A stretch of DNA of 62,498 nt, the filler included. It is 6 parts of 6 records of this genome, joined end to end, with 100 filler letters (N's around TTAATTAATTAA, not from the genome) between each part and the next. Parts side by side here need not be neighbours in the genome. Positions count along the whole stretch, not along the records: positions 1 to 21,840 come from SRR31156797_12517; 5 more parts are not named here. One strand, 5' to 3'. Position 1 is the first letter of the stretch; each line of letters starts with the position of its first letter. A program made the position numbers and the translations under genes. The notes under the pieces are model-generated. The model made no database searches, was not told where the DNA came from, and worked only from the letters and a program-made list of their open reading frames with translations. Positions 8,562-20,535 of the stretch are shown here, in pieces.

Positions 8562-8836
8562 TGAGATGAGAAAAATTGAAAAAGAATAGATATAGAGGAG
8601 CTTTTACGCTAAACATGACATCAATTTGTACTGCTCTTTAGATAAAAAACAACAAAAATATTGCGTAACTATAGTTACCAAACCTGATTGTGCGCATCTG
8701 GAGCACTGCTGAATAGGTACCGCGAACAGCACAGTTCTCTTTTTTTGACTCCAAGGAGTTCACCCAGGCTCCTTCTCCAGCCAATACAAAACTAAACAAG
8801 ACTCTTTCCCATTAACTGCCACCAGCGCCAAATAAC

Positions 8837-9718
8837 ATGCCTTATATCCTCCTTATTCTCACCACCCTTTTCTGGTCCGGCAACTTTGTTCTCAGTCGAG
8901 GCATGCATGCGTCTATTCCACCACTGGGACTCTCTTTCTGGCGCTGGACGCTGGCCCTTTTTATCCTCTGTTTTTTTGGGGTCCATCACCTGTGGCGAGA
9001 ACGAAAAATAGCCCTAAGCAATTACCGCTTTATTGTTATCCAGGGGCTACTTGGCGTAACAGGATTCAATAGTCTGATCTACCTTGCCATGCAGTCAACA
9101 ACGGCAATCAATGCTGTTCTTGTTAACTCATGCGTCCCCATTCTTATCGCTCTGGCCTCATGGCTTATGTACCGAGAGCTGCTAACTCCCCGCCAGATCC
9201 TAGGGGTATGCATTTCGCTCTGCGGCGTTCTTTTAATTATTGCCAAGGGACAACTTACGACTTTACTCCAGGTCGATTTTAACCGTGGCGATATCTATGT
9301 CCTCATTGCAGCGGTTCTCTGGGCCTTTTACTCTGCCAACCTGAAGCGTTATCCACAAGGACTGCACCCTTTTGCCTATCTTTCTGCCATCGTCATCGTG
9401 GGCCTGGTTGGCATTTTGCCTTTTTACTTGTTGGAACTCTTTCAGGGACAACATATACCACTTACCACTTCCTCCATTATCACAATCACCTATGTTGCTG
9501 TCTTTGCTTCTGTTCTTGCTTTTATTTTCTGGAATCGAGCCGTCCGAACCATTGGTGCCAATAAAGCCGGACCGTTTGTTCACCTGATGCCAGTTTTCAG
9601 CACCATTCTCGCAGTCATTTTTTTGGGAGAAAAGCTTACCGCTTTTCATCTCCAGGGGATGCTGCTTATCTTTGGCGGCATCATCATGACGACCTTTCGC
9701 ATCAAGCCGAAATCATAA
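8837..9718 (+). CDS. DMT/EamA family transporter
   Basis: About 10 hydrophobic segments in two EamA repeats (FWSGNF, FLGEKL). Confidence 0.92.
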   Translation: MPYILLILTTLFWSGNFVLSRGMHASIPPLGLSFWRWTLALFILCFFGVHHLWRERKIALSNYRFIVIQGLLGVTGFNSLIYLAMQSTTAINAVLVNSCVPILIALASWLMYRELLTPRQILGVCISLCGVLLIIAKGQLTTLLQVDFNRGDIYVLIAAVLWAFYSANLKRYPQGLHPFAYLSAIVIVGLVGILPFYLLELFQGQHIPLTTSSIITITYVAVFASVLAFIFWNRAVRTIGANKAGPFVHLMPVFSTILAVIFLGEKLTAFHLQGMLLIFGGIIMTTFRIKPKS

Positions 9719-9736
9719 CCACTTCCAGGCAAAACC

Positions 9737-10966
9737 ATGCGATTTATCCACACTTCTGATTGGCATATCGGCCACCGCCTTTACGGCCAAAAACGCTACC
9801 AGGAATTTGAACAGTTCCTTGATTGGCTGATTACTTATTTGACCGAACAAACCGTTGATGCATTACTGGTCAGCGGCGACATCTTTGACTCCACCACCCC
9901 TGGTAATAGAGCGCTGACCCTCTATTATCGATTTCTCCATCGTATCGCCCATACAAACTGTCGCAACGTCATCATCATTGCTGGCAACCATGATTCCCCC
10001 ACCCTGCTGGAAGCACCCAAAGAAATCCTCAGCCAGTTCAATGTGCATGTTATTGCCTCCCCGCGCAACCACCCAGAGGAGCAGGTCTTTCTGTTGGAAG
10101 GAGCACACGATGGAGATAAAATGATCGTTTGCGGTGTTCCGTTTCTTCGAGATAGAGATATACGAAGTGCCGCTGCAGCAGAAGACATGGTCACCAAGTC
10201 TGAAAAACTGCAGGCCGAAATTCGCTGCCACTACCATAAAATCTGTGCTGCTGGGGAAAACATTCGCAGCCTGCACAGTGCGCATCTGCCCATTGTTGCC
10301 ATGGGGCATCTTTTTACTGCAGGCGGCAAAACTGTTGATGGAGACGGGGTTCGGGAGCTCTATATTGGCGGTCTTGCCCAACTCCATAGCAGCGGATTCC
10401 CTGACGCCATAGATTATCTAGCACTGGGACACCTCCATATCGCACAACGTGTAGGAGGAAAAGAGCAGTACCGATATTGTGGTTCTCCTCTTCCCATGGG
10501 ATTTAATGAAGCTGAACAAAATAAATATATCCTTGACGTCTCTCTTTTACCAACCGATCTTCAGGTTACGCCCGTACGCGTTCCCTGTTTTCAACAGCTG
10601 GTAAGACTCGAAGGTGACCTCGCCTCCCTGACCCGCTCCATCAAACAACTTGCAGAGCAAGAAAGTACTGCCTGGCTGGAGCTCTGCTACAACGGATCAA
10701 GTGACTCGGGAAGACTCAGGCAACAACTTCAGGATGCGGTACAGGATACATCGCTGAAAATTTTGAGAATACGCACGAACCACAGTGGCACCGTGCATCT
10801 GCAACAGCAGAAACCAACAGAATCCCTCGATGACCTGAGTGTAGAGGAAGTCTTTGAGCGATGCCTGGCTGGGTCGAATCATACGCCGGAACAATGCGCA
10901 GACCTCCGCCTGACCTTTCAAAAGGTGATTGCATCTCTAGACCAGGAAGACATTGACCGTGGGTAA
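9737..10966 (+). CDS. sbcD: Nuclease SbcCD subunit D
   Basis: HTSDWHIG, SGDIFD, GNHDS, ALGHLH metallophosphoesterase motifs; adjacent to sbcC. Confidence 0.95.
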   Translation: MRFIHTSDWHIGHRLYGQKRYQEFEQFLDWLITYLTEQTVDALLVSGDIFDSTTPGNRALTLYYRFLHRIAHTNCRNVIIIAGNHDSPTLLEAPKEILSQFNVHVIASPRNHPEEQVFLLEGAHDGDKMIVCGVPFLRDRDIRSAAAAEDMVTKSEKLQAEIRCHYHKICAAGENIRSLHSAHLPIVAMGHLFTAGGKTVDGDGVRELYIGGLAQLHSSGFPDAIDYLALGHLHIAQRVGGKEQYRYCGSPLPMGFNEAEQNKYILDVSLLPTDLQVTPVRVPCFQQLVRLEGDLASLTRSIKQLAEQESTAWLELCYNGSSDSGRLRQQLQDAVQDTSLKILRIRTNHSGTVHLQQQKPTESLDDLSVEEVFERCLAGSNHTPEQCADLRLTFQKVIASLDQEDIDRG

Positions 10967-10975
10967 CCAACAGCC

Positions 10976-13900
10976 ATGAGAATACTCAAAATCCACCTGC
11001 GCAACTTGAATTCCCTAACTGGGACCTGGTCCATTGACTTCACCGCTTCCGAATACAGTGCTGATGGCATCTTTGCTATTACCGGCCCAACAGGTGCAGG
11101 CAAAACCACTTTGTTGGATGCGATCACCCTGGCCTTGTTTGGTTGTACGCCTCGGCTTGGCAGGGTAACCAAGGCAAACAACGAAATCATGTCACGCGCC
11201 ACAGGGGAGTGTTATGCGGAAGTTGAATTTGCTACCACTGCGGGCAGGTTCCGGTGTCACTGGAGCCAGCACCGGTCCCGTCGCAGGGGTACCGGGGAAC
11301 TCCAGCAGCATAAACATGAGATTGTCGATGCCCAAACCGGTAAGGTACTGGAAACAAAAGTTAGAGAAGTGGGACTGCTGGTCGAAAAACTGACAGGGCT
11401 TGATTATGAACAGTTTACCCGCTCAATCCTGCTTGCCCAAGGGCAGTTTGCTGCCTTTCTCAACGCTGATGCTAGCCAACGGGCACCTATCCTGGAACAA
11501 ATCACCGGAACTGAAATATACAGCCGTATTTCTATCAGGGTTCATGAACGAACAGCAGAGGAGCGGAAAAAAACAGACCTGATTCGGGCGGAAACAGGCA
11601 TGATCATCGTCTTATCAGCAGAAGAGGAAAACAATCTCAAAGATACACTTGATGCCACGGTTGCCTCGGCAGGAAAACTTCAGAATGAGCTCACCAGGGT
11701 CACTTCATCCATCCACCTGCTGCAGGCAACCGAACAGGCCGAGGAAGCATTACTAGCAGCACGCAGTGAAATGGCTCAGTGGCATAAGCGCTTTCAAATG
11801 GCTGCTCCTGAGCTGCAACTGCTCGAACAGGGCCAGCGGGCTCAGCAAATTGAAGGTGACGTAATAACGCTGCAAGCACTGCAGCAAAAAGCCGATGAAG
11901 AACAAGCTGCTCTGGAAAAATGCCGCAAAACTCTGCAGGAAAAAACACAACAACGAGATTGGTCCGCAAAAGCACTTTCCACCAACGAACAGGCCGTCGC
12001 TGCAATCTTCGCACAACATGAAAAAGCTGCAGAAACAATACAAATTGTTCGTCTCCTAGACGGCAAAATTGCTGACAAAGACCTCTTACTCCAGGCTCAA
12101 GCAACAGAAATAATAACGCTGCAGCAAGAACAACAACAGCTGCAAGCCGATGAAAAAAAACTGACCGCAGAACTTACCGAGATGACCGGTCGCCGTAAAG
12201 CAGCTGAAAATTTCCTGGAAAAACAGGCTGTGGACGGCATCCTGATTGAACACCTTGAAAAAATCAGGCAGCAGTGCGCAGAACTCACTCACCTGGACAA
12301 AAAAAACAAACAGGAGCAAATGAAAGGCACCCACCTGGTCGCCCAACTCAAACAGGCTCAAAAAGACCTCGTTACTGCCCGCACAACTTGTACCCAGGCC
12401 AAGCAAACACTGGACAATAACCAGCTCGGGCTAGAGGCCTATAAAAAGAAAAAGTTGCATCTGCTCGCTGGCGAGACACTCGCGTCTCTCAACAAAAAGA
12501 TTGAGGAGGTCGCCACCAGAGAACAGATGTTCAACGAACTGCAACGACTGCTGCACCAAAAAAGCACACTCCAGGCGGGGATAATCAAACAGAAAGAGGA
12601 GTTGACAGCCTTTGGAAAGCAGACCACCCAGCTGCAGCAGGAACTTGGGGTAAAGACTGCAAAAGAATCGGAACTTAACCAGCAAATCCAACAGCTGGAA
12701 AGTAACCAGGAGCAGCACCTTCTTGTTGCCAATTTGGAAACAGAACGCCAAAAATTACACCATGGCCGCCCATGTCCACTGTGCGGTGCCATTGAGCACC
12801 CCTGGTCAGATAATATCGTCCCTGTGAAAGATCAAAAAAATACATTGCAGGAAACCAGACAGTTATTACAAATCGTGCACGATGCTGCAGCTGCTGACCG
12901 TGCGAGTCTAAGCGCTATAAGCAAAGATATCCACTATCACCAACAAGCTCTTACCCAGGCCGATAAAGAATGTTCAGAAACCGATAGCCAGGTCGAGGTA
13001 TTGCGCAATAGGCTTGAGCTGACTCCCCAGCAATTAACAACCTTGGAACAGCTTAACGACCTCTACCACGAGACAACTGACCAACTCCTCCACCTTAAGA
13101 ACTGCCTGCAGCAAATTCAGAAAATTGACGAGAGATGCCTCCGGCTGCAGGCGAGAACAGACAAAACAAGCCAAGTGTATAATGATGCCCGGCATACGCT
13201 GCAAAGTGGTGAACATACAGTCACTAGTGCAGAAAAAGACATCCACCAGCATACACACCTTTTGAGCGAAGCGGCTCTGCAGCTGACCAATAAACTGAGC
13301 CAGGTTAACGAACAACTACAACCGCTTAATGTAGAAATATGCTCAATCGAAAACATGCCCGTCCTACTGGAGGCACTTGAGCAAAGACGCAATCAGTGGA
13401 AAACGACCGTCCATGATCACCAGCAACTGGACCTGGCAATTACAAAACATAAGGCTGAAGTAGACAAAGCCAAAGCAAGCCAGGCCACCCTCAATGGTCG
13501 CCTTAAAAAGTTAGGTGCAACACTCGCTGAACTGAAGGGAAAAAGAGAAAAGGAACATACCGAACGGATGCAACTTTTCGGCAAAAAAAATCCAGACATT
13601 GAAGAGCAGGAATGGAAGAAAAAGACAGCAAAGGCTGAGTCGGAAAAGGAAAGAGCAAGACAGCTGCTCCTGGAGTTTGAAAAAACAGTCTCAGGGCTGA
13701 CCGAAAAGAAGCTCGCCATTAAACAAAGCCTGGAAAAACTGTCTTTCGAGCGTATGCAGCAAGAACAATGCATCACCCAATTGCTCGGCATCAAGGGCTT
13801 TTTAAGTCTCAGTGAGTACAAAGAGGCATTGCTGCCAAAAGAAAAACTGGCAAGTCTCTCTGTTCGCAAGATGGCACTGGATAAGGAACAGACAGAGAGC

Positions 13901-14647
13901 TCCCATCGTTTGCGGGAAAAATCACTGGAGCTGCTGCAACTGAAAAAAAAGGATCCCGGTGACAAGCCCCTTGCAGCACTGCTGCGGCAGCAAAAAAACC
14001 TCACTGAAGCCTTTGAAAAATTACAGCAGCAGATAGGGGCTGTCAGAGAAAAGCTGCACAAAAACACTACAGCAAAAAAGACACTTCAGGATCAATATGA
14101 TGCGCTCAACCTTCAGCAGCAAGAAGAAAGCCGGTGGGAATTACTGCATCAACTCGTAGGGTCTGCTGATGGTAAAAAGTTTCGCATTTTTGCCCAGGGA
14201 ATAACCTTTGACCTGCTTATTCGTCATGCCAACACTCACCTGAGAACAATGAATGATCGCTATATTCTGCTCCGCGATTCTGCCCAGCCACTGGAACTAC
14301 AGGTGCTGGATAATTACCAGGCTGGTGAAATTCGTTCCACCAGGAACCTTTCTGGTGGTGAAAGCTTCATCGTCAGCCTTGCCCTGTCTTTAGGGCTATC
14401 GTCAATGGCCAGCCACAATATACAGATTGATTCCCTTTTCCTTGATGAGGGGTTTGGCACCCTTGATGAAGAAGCTCTGGACACCGCACTCCACACCCTT
14501 ACCGGTCTGCAGAGGGAAGGTAAGCTTATCGGTGTAATTTCCCATGTCCACCTGCTCCAGGAAAGAATCAGCCTGCAGATAGCGGTCGCACCACAAGCTG
14601 ATGGCACTAGCCTGCTTCAGGGGCCAGGCTGCAAACAGCTGCGATGA
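10976..14647 (+). CDS. sbcC: Nuclease SbcCD subunit C (SMC-like ATPase)
   Basis: GPTGAGKTT, long coiled coils, CPLCG zinc hook, LSGGE, FLDEGFG. Confidence 0.95.
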   Translation: MRILKIHLRNLNSLTGTWSIDFTASEYSADGIFAITGPTGAGKTTLLDAITLALFGCTPRLGRVTKANNEIMSRATGECYAEVEFATTAGRFRCHWSQHRSRRRGTGELQQHKHEIVDAQTGKVLETKVREVGLLVEKLTGLDYEQFTRSILLAQGQFAAFLNADASQRAPILEQITGTEIYSRISIRVHERTAEERKKTDLIRAETGMIIVLSAEEENNLKDTLDATVASAGKLQNELTRVTSSIHLLQATEQAEEALLAARSEMAQWHKRFQMAAPELQLLEQGQRAQQIEGDVITLQALQQKADEEQAALEKCRKTLQEKTQQRDWSAKALSTNEQAVAAIFAQHEKAAETIQIVRLLDGKIADKDLLLQAQATEIITLQQEQQQLQADEKKLTAELTEMTGRRKAAENFLEKQAVDGILIEHLEKIRQQCAELTHLDKKNKQEQMKGTHLVAQLKQAQKDLVTARTTCTQAKQTLDNNQLGLEAYKKKKLHLLAGETLASLNKKIEEVATREQMFNELQRLLHQKSTLQAGIIKQKEELTAFGKQTTQLQQELGVKTAKESELNQQIQQLESNQEQHLLVANLETERQKLHHGRPCPLCGAIEHPWSDNIVPVKDQKNTLQETRQLLQIVHDAAAADRASLSAISKDIHYHQQALTQADKECSETDSQVEVLRNRLELTPQQLTTLEQLNDLYHETTDQLLHLKNCLQQIQKIDERCLRLQARTDKTSQVYNDARHTLQSGEHTVTSAEKDIHQHTHLLSEAALQLTNKLSQVNEQLQPLNVEICSIENMPVLLEALEQRRNQWKTTVHDHQQLDLAITKHKAEVDKAKASQATLNGRLKKLGATLAELKGKREKEHTERMQLFGKKNPDIEEQEWKKKTAKAESEKERARQLLLEFEKTVSGLTEKKLAIKQSLEKLSFERMQQEQCITQLLGIKGFLSLSEYKEALLPKEKLASLSVRKMALDKEQTESSHRLREKSLELLQLKKKDPGDKPLAALLRQQKNLTEAFEKLQQQIGAVREKLHKNTTAKKTLQDQYDALNLQQQEESRWELLHQLVGSADGKKFRIFAQGITFDLLIRHANTHLRTMNDRYILLRDSAQPLELQVLDNYQAGEIRSTRNLSGGESFIVSLALSLGLSSMASHNIQIDSLFLDEGFGTLDEEALDTALHTLTGLQREGKLIGVISHVHLLQERISLQIAVAPQADGTSLLQGPGCKQLR

Positions 14648-14757
14648 GCCACTTCAGCCCATCTTAAAAAAGGTCTCGGAAGGCGATCTTAACGTTCTCC
14701 AGCACTCCAGCACGACCTTTCGGTGGCAATGACAGAGAATAGGGTTCTTCAGCCAAG

Positions 14758-15894
14758 TTATTGTCCTCCACCTCCTTCCTCGTCACTCTTCCGGACGCTG
14801 CTTGCGGAAGTTTCCTCCTCCGTCGGTTCCAAGACCATACCAACTTCAGGCAGGTAAGCGTGGAAAACATTTCCGTAAATTTCCCACAGAGTAATGAACA
14901 GAGCAGCCACAATAGGGCCGATAATGATCCCCAGGATGCCGAACATGCTTATACCACCCAATGTCCCGAACAGAACAAACAAGTCGTGCATTTTAGTATC
15001 CTTGCCGACAAGACGTGGCCGGACAACATTGTCCAAATTTCCAGCAACCGCACCACAGAGAACCAATAAAACCAATACCCCAAAATAATCGCCGGTAAGT
15101 GCAAGAATAATTAAAGCAGGCAACCAGATAATAGCCGTCCCAAAGGCAGGAATAATCGACATCACCGCCATGACTGTTCCCCAAAAAACAGGCCCCTGTA
15201 TACCAGCAACGGCAAAGGCAACCCCGCATATAGTGCCCTGCAGTATGCCAATAATCAATGTCCCCTTTATGGTGGCACTGGCTACCGAGGTAAAACGCAT
15301 GAGCAACACCCGCTCATCACGGTCCTGCAAAGGAAGAAAATACAATATTCGTTCCAGCAGGATTTCCCCTGAGGTAAAAAAGTAAAACATGACATAGAGC
15401 ATGATAACACTGCTAAACACAGCATTGACCGTCAGCTTGGTCACCGAGGACAGACTGTCGATCAAAAAAGAAGAGATATTGCCGACAACCAGTCCAGCTT
15501 TTTCTATAATAACATCCCTATACACCACGATCTGCTCATAATAGGGGATATTTTCCAGATATCCGGCCAGCTGGCTGGGCTCATTAATAAAGCTTTGAAT
15601 CCATGGAGTTATCGACTGGCTAACGCTGACAGCCTGGGCAACCACCACCCCGATAAGAAGACTAAGCGGTACCAAAACCAAAGTAATAATGCCGAAGATC
15701 ATCAGCACAGAGGCCATATGCTGGCGGTTGTTCAGCTTACGGCTCAGCCACTTGTGCATAGGACTGGCCATGGCGGAAAAAAGACCTGCCATAAAAAGAG
15801 GCATCAAGAACTGCTTGATCATGCTCAAAAAAAGGAGCGAGATACCTGCCACCAGGACCAGCAAAACAACCTTATTGATTCGTTCTTTCTTCAT
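14758..15894 (-). CDS. AI-2E family transporter
   Basis: Multi-TM; DNVVRPRLVG and GILGIIIGPIVAA motifs. Confidence 0.9.
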   Translation of the reverse strand: MKKERINKVVLLVLVAGISLLFLSMIKQFLMPLFMAGLFSAMASPMHKWLSRKLNNRQHMASVLMIFGIITLVLVPLSLLIGVVVAQAVSVSQSITPWIQSFINEPSQLAGYLENIPYYEQIVVYRDVIIEKAGLVVGNISSFLIDSLSSVTKLTVNAVFSSVIMLYVMFYFFTSGEILLERILYFLPLQDRDERVLLMRFTSVASATIKGTLIIGILQGTICGVAFAVAGIQGPVFWGTVMAVMSIIPAFGTAIIWLPALIILALTGDYFGVLVLLVLCGAVAGNLDNVVRPRLVGKDTKMHDLFVLFGTLGGISMFGILGIIIGPIVAALFITLWEIYGNVFHAYLPEVGMVLEPTEEETSASSVRKSDEEGGGGQ

Positions 15895-15966
15895 TGCCGT
15901 TGTGCTTTACGTAAACAGGAGAAGTAGGATCATCTATCACTCCAAGTGAGTATCAACTCTTGCTCC

Positions 15967-17256
15967 TCAAACGGCCACGGTCTGTTCTGCAGCCATTACC
16001 AGTGCACTGGTTAACCTGGTCAGATCTTCTGCAGCTATAATATAAGGCGGCATAACGTAGAGCAGGCGACCAAAAGGTCGTATCCAAACCCCCTCTTCGA
16101 CAAAGAACTGCTGGAGCCGGGCCATGTCTGTAGGTTCTTTGGTTTCAATAACACCGATACCACCCAGTACCCGGACATCTGCTACCCCATCCAGGTCTCT
16201 TGCCGGTTCCAATTCATTCTTTAGCTGCTGTTCAATAGCCAAAACCTTTTCCTGCCATGGGTTGTCCATCAGCAGGGAAAGAGAGGCACAGGCCACGTTG
16301 CATGCCAAGGGATTTCCCATAAAGGTTGGCCCATGCATGAACACGCCAGACGGCCCCTGGGAAACAGTCACCCCAATCTCTTCTGTGGCCAGGGTAGCAG
16401 CAAGCGTCATATAGCCACCCGTTATAGCCTTACCCACGCACATGATATCCGGGGACACCTGGGCATGATCAGCTGCAAACATTTTACCGGTACGCCCAAA
16501 TCCAGTCGCAATTTCATCAAAAATAAGCAGTACATCATAGGTATCGCAGAGAGTTCGCAACCCCTTGAGATATTCAGGATGATAAAACCACATACCACCT
16601 GCACCCTGGACAAGCGGTTCCAGTATAACAGCTGCCACTTCATGATGATGCCGCTCAAGCATCTGTTCCATTTCAGCCAAGTCCTCTTGGTCCCATGGCT
16701 CATCAAACCGACACTTGGGCTTTGGTGCAAAAAGCTGCTGCGGCAGTGATTTTTCAAAAAGGGAGTGCATCCCTGTGACAGGGTCGCAGACAGACATAGC
16801 ATGGAAGGTGTCACCATGGTATCCGCCGCGAACGGTTAAAAGGCGATGTTTACCTGACTGTCCTTTACTGTGCCAATACTGAAGAGCCATTTTCAAAGCG
16901 ACTTCCACACTAACGGACCCTGAATCACAGAGAAAAACCCGGTCCAGCTTTTCCGGTGTGATCTCCACCAGCTTTCTACCAAGTTCCACTGCAGGGGCGT
17001 GGGTCAGGCCACCAAACATGACGTGAGACATCCTGTCCAACTGCTCCCGTGCAGCCCGATCAAGTGCGGGGTGGCAATAACCATGGATGACCGACCACCA
17101 GGAAGACATGCCGTCGATCAACGTCCTCCCATCTTCCAGTGTAATACGGACACCGCTTGCTGAGGCCACCGGAAAAACCGACAGAGGATCAATCATGGAC
17201 GTATAGGGGTGCCAAAGATGCTGGCGATCAAAGGCAAGCATGCTTTGTTCAGGCAT
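15967..17256 (-). CDS. bioA: Adenosylmethionine-8-amino-7-oxononanoate aminotransferase
   Basis: [45 protein letters not shown]; start approximate. Confidence 0.96.
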   Translation of the reverse strand: MPEQSMLAFDRQHLWHPYTSMIDPLSVFPVASASGVRITLEDGRTLIDGMSSWWSVIHGYCHPALDRAAREQLDRMSHVMFGGLTHAPAVELGRKLVEITPEKLDRVFLCDSGSVSVEVALKMALQYWHSKGQSGKHRLLTVRGGYHGDTFHAMSVCDPVTGMHSLFEKSLPQQLFAPKPKCRFDEPWDQEDLAEMEQMLERHHHEVAAVILEPLVQGAGGMWFYHPEYLKGLRTLCDTYDVLLIFDEIATGFGRTGKMFAADHAQVSPDIMCVGKAITGGYMTLAATLATEEIGVTVSQGPSGVFMHGPTFMGNPLACNVACASLSLLMDNPWQEKVLAIEQQLKNELEPARDLDGVADVRVLGGIGVIETKEPTDMARLQQFFVEEGVWIRPFGRLLYVMPPYIIAAEDLTRLTSALVMAAEQTVAV

Positions 17257-18232
17257 GAGCATCATCCTTTTCAAAGGTATAGCCCAGAGCTGAGAGTTGC
17301 TCTAGGTCTCCTGTAATGCCAGAGCCGGTGGTGGTCAGGTAGTTACCGACAATAGCACCATTGGCTCCGGCGGCAAAAGCGCGGTACTGATCCTGGCCCA
17401 GCTGTTGCCGCCCTCCGGCCATCCGGATAATAGCATCCGGATTGATAAGCCTAAAAAGGGCAACCACGGTCAGCACATCGTCTGTTGTCAGCGGTTCCAA
17501 ATCACCAAGAGGTGTACCTGGGATCGGTGTAAGAATGTTTATGGGAATTGATTTTATCTCAAGCTCACGCAGTTCAAAAGCCAGAGCGATTCGATCGGTC
17601 ATGGTTTCTCCCATGCCAATAATACCGCCCGAGCAAAGTGACATCCCTGCTTCACGGGCCATATTAAGGGTTGCCACCTTTTCCTCCCAAGTGTGGGTTG
17701 TGCAGACAGCGGGAAAAAAGTCCTTATTTGCTTCAAGGTTGCAGTGGTAGCGGCTCACACCGGTTTTTACCAGATCTGCTGCAATTTTTTCATCCAGCAA
17801 CCCCGAAGATGCACAAAACAAAAGCGAAGTGGCAGCAGCAATGTCCTGGTACAGACTGGCAAGTTCTGCCAGGGTTTCCCTGTTCAGGCTTCGCCCACTT
17901 GTCACCAGCGAGAGCCTGTGCACTGCATGGTCATCGTTATCCTTGGCAATGGTTAGTGCTTCTTCACTATCAATAAGGGTATAGGTATCGATACCAGTGT
18001 GATGACGTGCCGATTGGGCACAGAAACGGCAGTTTTCGGTGCAGTTTCCACTTTTGGCATTAATAATAGAACACAGATGAAAATGGTTGCCCATCAACTG
18101 GCTGCGCACGGCATCTGCTACCTGGTAAAGGGCTTCCTTATCAGCGGAAGAGGCCAATTCAATGGCTGTAGCCCTATCTATCCTGGCGCCGTTTAATATT
18201 TCATTTTTCAGTTGCTCAAGTGGTATACTCAT
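17249..18232 (-). CDS. bioB: Biotin synthase
   Basis: [17 protein letters not shown] radical-SAM motif, [22 protein letters not shown]. Confidence 0.95.
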   Translation of the reverse strand: MSIPLEQLKNEILNGARIDRATAIELASSADKEALYQVADAVRSQLMGNHFHLCSIINAKSGNCTENCRFCAQSARHHTGIDTYTLIDSEEALTIAKDNDDHAVHRLSLVTSGRSLNRETLAELASLYQDIAAATSLLFCASSGLLDEKIAADLVKTGVSRYHCNLEANKDFFPAVCTTHTWEEKVATLNMAREAGMSLCSGGIIGMGETMTDRIALAFELRELEIKSIPINILTPIPGTPLGDLEPLTTDDVLTVVALFRLINPDAIIRMAGGRQQLGQDQYRAFAAGANGAIVGNYLTTTGSGITGDLEQLSALGYTFEKDDAHA

Positions 18233-18428
18233 GGTTACTGCTTCTCCTGCATAACTATTCAGCTAAAATCACAAATTTGCCCGTTTCTGAGGACTATAAC
18301 TTTTGAGCAGTGCTCCATATGGACATAAACGGATCGATTTGACAGATAAGCCCCGACCTTCGATACATTGGTATACAAAGCGAGCCGATCGTGCCCTGGT
18401 GGGATGCTGCTTAAGAGCTACTCTCCTG

Positions 18429-19052
18429 CTATTTCAGGCATGATTCTATATCCTGGGGAGGACCATTAACGATCATTTCGGCAATGGTCAGTTTATTTTT
18501 TGGGTAGAGATGACGTACATTTCCCAGTAATTCAAACTCCAACTGTGCCATCTGCCTGTATAGCGACGTTCGCTCCATGGCGGGAGCATCCGTTTCTTCC
18601 TTATACTTTTCCTTCACTATTTCCTGGCACCTGTAACAGCCTGGAAAACGCATCTTTTGCCCATCTGGCCGACTCAGTAACGCAGGGACACCGTGGTTTC
18701 TGCAAATCATTAACCGATGCTGATACAGTCCGCATAGCTTGTCGTCCAATAACGGGCATTTCAACTGAGGACGTTCTCCACTGGCCAGCACTCGCTTGCA
18801 CTCTTCCACGTACGCCTTGGCCTTGGTAAGAATTCGTTCCATAGTATCTGGGTCAAGGGCTCTAAGCCCCTCCCACAGATAGGCCCACTCTACATAGGTG
18901 TAATGTTGAAAATAAGAGTCACAGCAATTATCTGGGCATCCTTCGCAGGTAAGCGGGATCTGCTGTGCCACGATATCGTATTCCGCAGCCATAGTTTGGT
19001 AAATGTTCGCAATTTTGCGAGACAGTTCCGGGGACAGGGTTAGTTCACTCAT
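18429..19052 (-). CDS. Cysteine-cluster protein (YkgJ/FliB-like)
   Basis: CEGCPDNCC, CPLL...CGLYQHRLMICR, CYRC. Confidence 0.7.
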   Translation of the reverse strand: MSELTLSPELSRKIANIYQTMAAEYDIVAQQIPLTCEGCPDNCCDSYFQHYTYVEWAYLWEGLRALDPDTMERILTKAKAYVEECKRVLASGERPQLKCPLLDDKLCGLYQHRLMICRNHGVPALLSRPDGQKMRFPGCYRCQEIVKEKYKEETDAPAMERTSLYRQMAQLEFELLGNVRHLYPKNKLTIAEMIVNGPPQDIESCLK

Positions 19053-19064
19053 TAAATTATCCCT

Positions 19065-19637
19065 TTAACGGGGCTCCTCAAAATATTGCACTTGATAGAT
19101 TTGTATTTCCAACCGGTCCGTTTTCCAAGCTGTTGGTGCAAGGCCGGCCTTACTACAGAGATGGTTGAGAAAAGCATTAGAATCAGGCAGTTGCTTCCAC
19201 ACCTGGGGCAGGAATGTGGCACCGACTCCTCCTGGCGCACGGAGAATGAGTCCGTCAATTTCCGGCCTCAGCTTCTCTGCCAAGTCGTCGCCATCAACAT
19301 ACTCTAAATCCTGCGGTTCACTCAGCACTGAAACCTCGATGTGGAGATCTTTTTCTTCATCAGCGGTCACAGGCTGAAATCGATGATCATGAAAGGCGGC
19401 ATTTAGAGCGTGGCGCTTTATACCGGCAAGAATTGATTCCGCCCCGGCAAGACTGCCGATGCACCCTCGCAGTGTTTGTCTTTTGTGCAGAGTGACAAAT
19501 ACACCTCGGTGTTCCTTAAATGCTGGATCAACCAGATCTTCTTCGCTTACCGGATCACTCAGGGAGAGGTTCAAGTGCTCTTCAATCTGCTGCCTGACCA
19601 GCCGCACCAATACCTGACCTTGCATTTCAGTCAACAT
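19065..19637 (-). CDS. amrA: AmmeMemoRadiSam system protein A (AMMECR1 domain)
   Basis: GVFVTL, LRGCIG, ATFLPQVW, LCSKAG. Confidence 0.92.
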   Translation of the reverse strand: MLTEMQGQVLVRLVRQQIEEHLNLSLSDPVSEEDLVDPAFKEHRGVFVTLHKRQTLRGCIGSLAGAESILAGIKRHALNAAFHDHRFQPVTADEEKDLHIEVSVLSEPQDLEYVDGDDLAEKLRPEIDGLILRAPGGVGATFLPQVWKQLPDSNAFLNHLCSKAGLAPTAWKTDRLEIQIYQVQYFEEPR

Positions 19638-19788
19638 ACCTTCTCCTCACTGTGCGAGACACCAATTTGCAAGCTCCGCACTCTATTGCACTCACTCTCC
19701 CTGTCAACCGAAATATACTAGCGGTTGCCACTGTATTATAACAGTCGTTTTGTAGATTCATCACGAGATGGGGCTAAATACCGTAAAG

Positions 19789-20301
19789 TCATTTTCCAGC
19801 ATTTAACCCCTGCAGGGAAAGCTCACCTGTACTTTCAAATGGTATTTTCTTCGTAAACCCTCCCGTACCGAGACGGATGCTGCCTGCCAGCTTGTAACTC
19901 AATGGCTGCAAGGCATCCGATGTATTATTCGTCTGAATAAGACCGACCACCGAAGAGATCATATCCATCATCGAGGCATAGACACTCACTGGCACCAGTG
20001 CGGTGCCATAGGCTGGTATTTTCTGGGGCGAACTTGCAATTCCTTGTGCAAAGTGACGGCCATCAATCTCCAAATCGCAATCCACCCCGCGAATATCAAG
20101 AGCCACATCATTAGGATTCATAACCCGCAGTTGCACAAGAAAAGCAGTTTCCATACTCTTCATTTCCTGCACCTGGATATCGGCAATGGAAACTTTCGGC
20201 TTCTCCTGAATCTGCCCGAGCCCGGCACATCCGCCTATCATCAGGAAAAAAAGTACAAACATCCATCGGATGTGACACTTTAAAAAATTCAATGGCAGCA
20301 T
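19789..20301 (-). CDS. LEA type 2 / WHy domain lipoprotein
   Basis: Lipobox IGGC; VMNPND motif. Confidence 0.85.
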   Translation of the reverse strand: MLPLNFLKCHIRWMFVLFFLMIGGCAGLGQIQEKPKVSIADIQVQEMKSMETAFLVQLRVMNPNDVALDIRGVDCDLEIDGRHFAQGIASSPQKIPAYGTALVPVSVYASMMDMISSVVGLIQTNNTSDALQPLSYKLAGSIRLGTGGFTKKIPFESTGELSLQGLNAGK

Positions 20302-20535
20302 AGGTTTCCCTCTTGATTGTTTATTTCAAATTTCTCATAAAATAGTGTGGAAACTTGAACTCCATATGACGTTGCTCAACTCATAGTAATTGGGTACGAT
20401 ATAACAAATTGATACAATGTTCATGGTGTTCTACCACGGATTTGTCAATTGTCAACAGCCTAAGAATAGTTGACCTTACCCTCTATAACCATTACTGATT
20501 CCAGATAAATATAACAGATACTTAACGAAAAAAAT

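Noticed and set aside
11600-14100. Q/E/K-rich quasi-repetitive sequence
   Set aside because: Ordinary SbcC coiled-coil arms.
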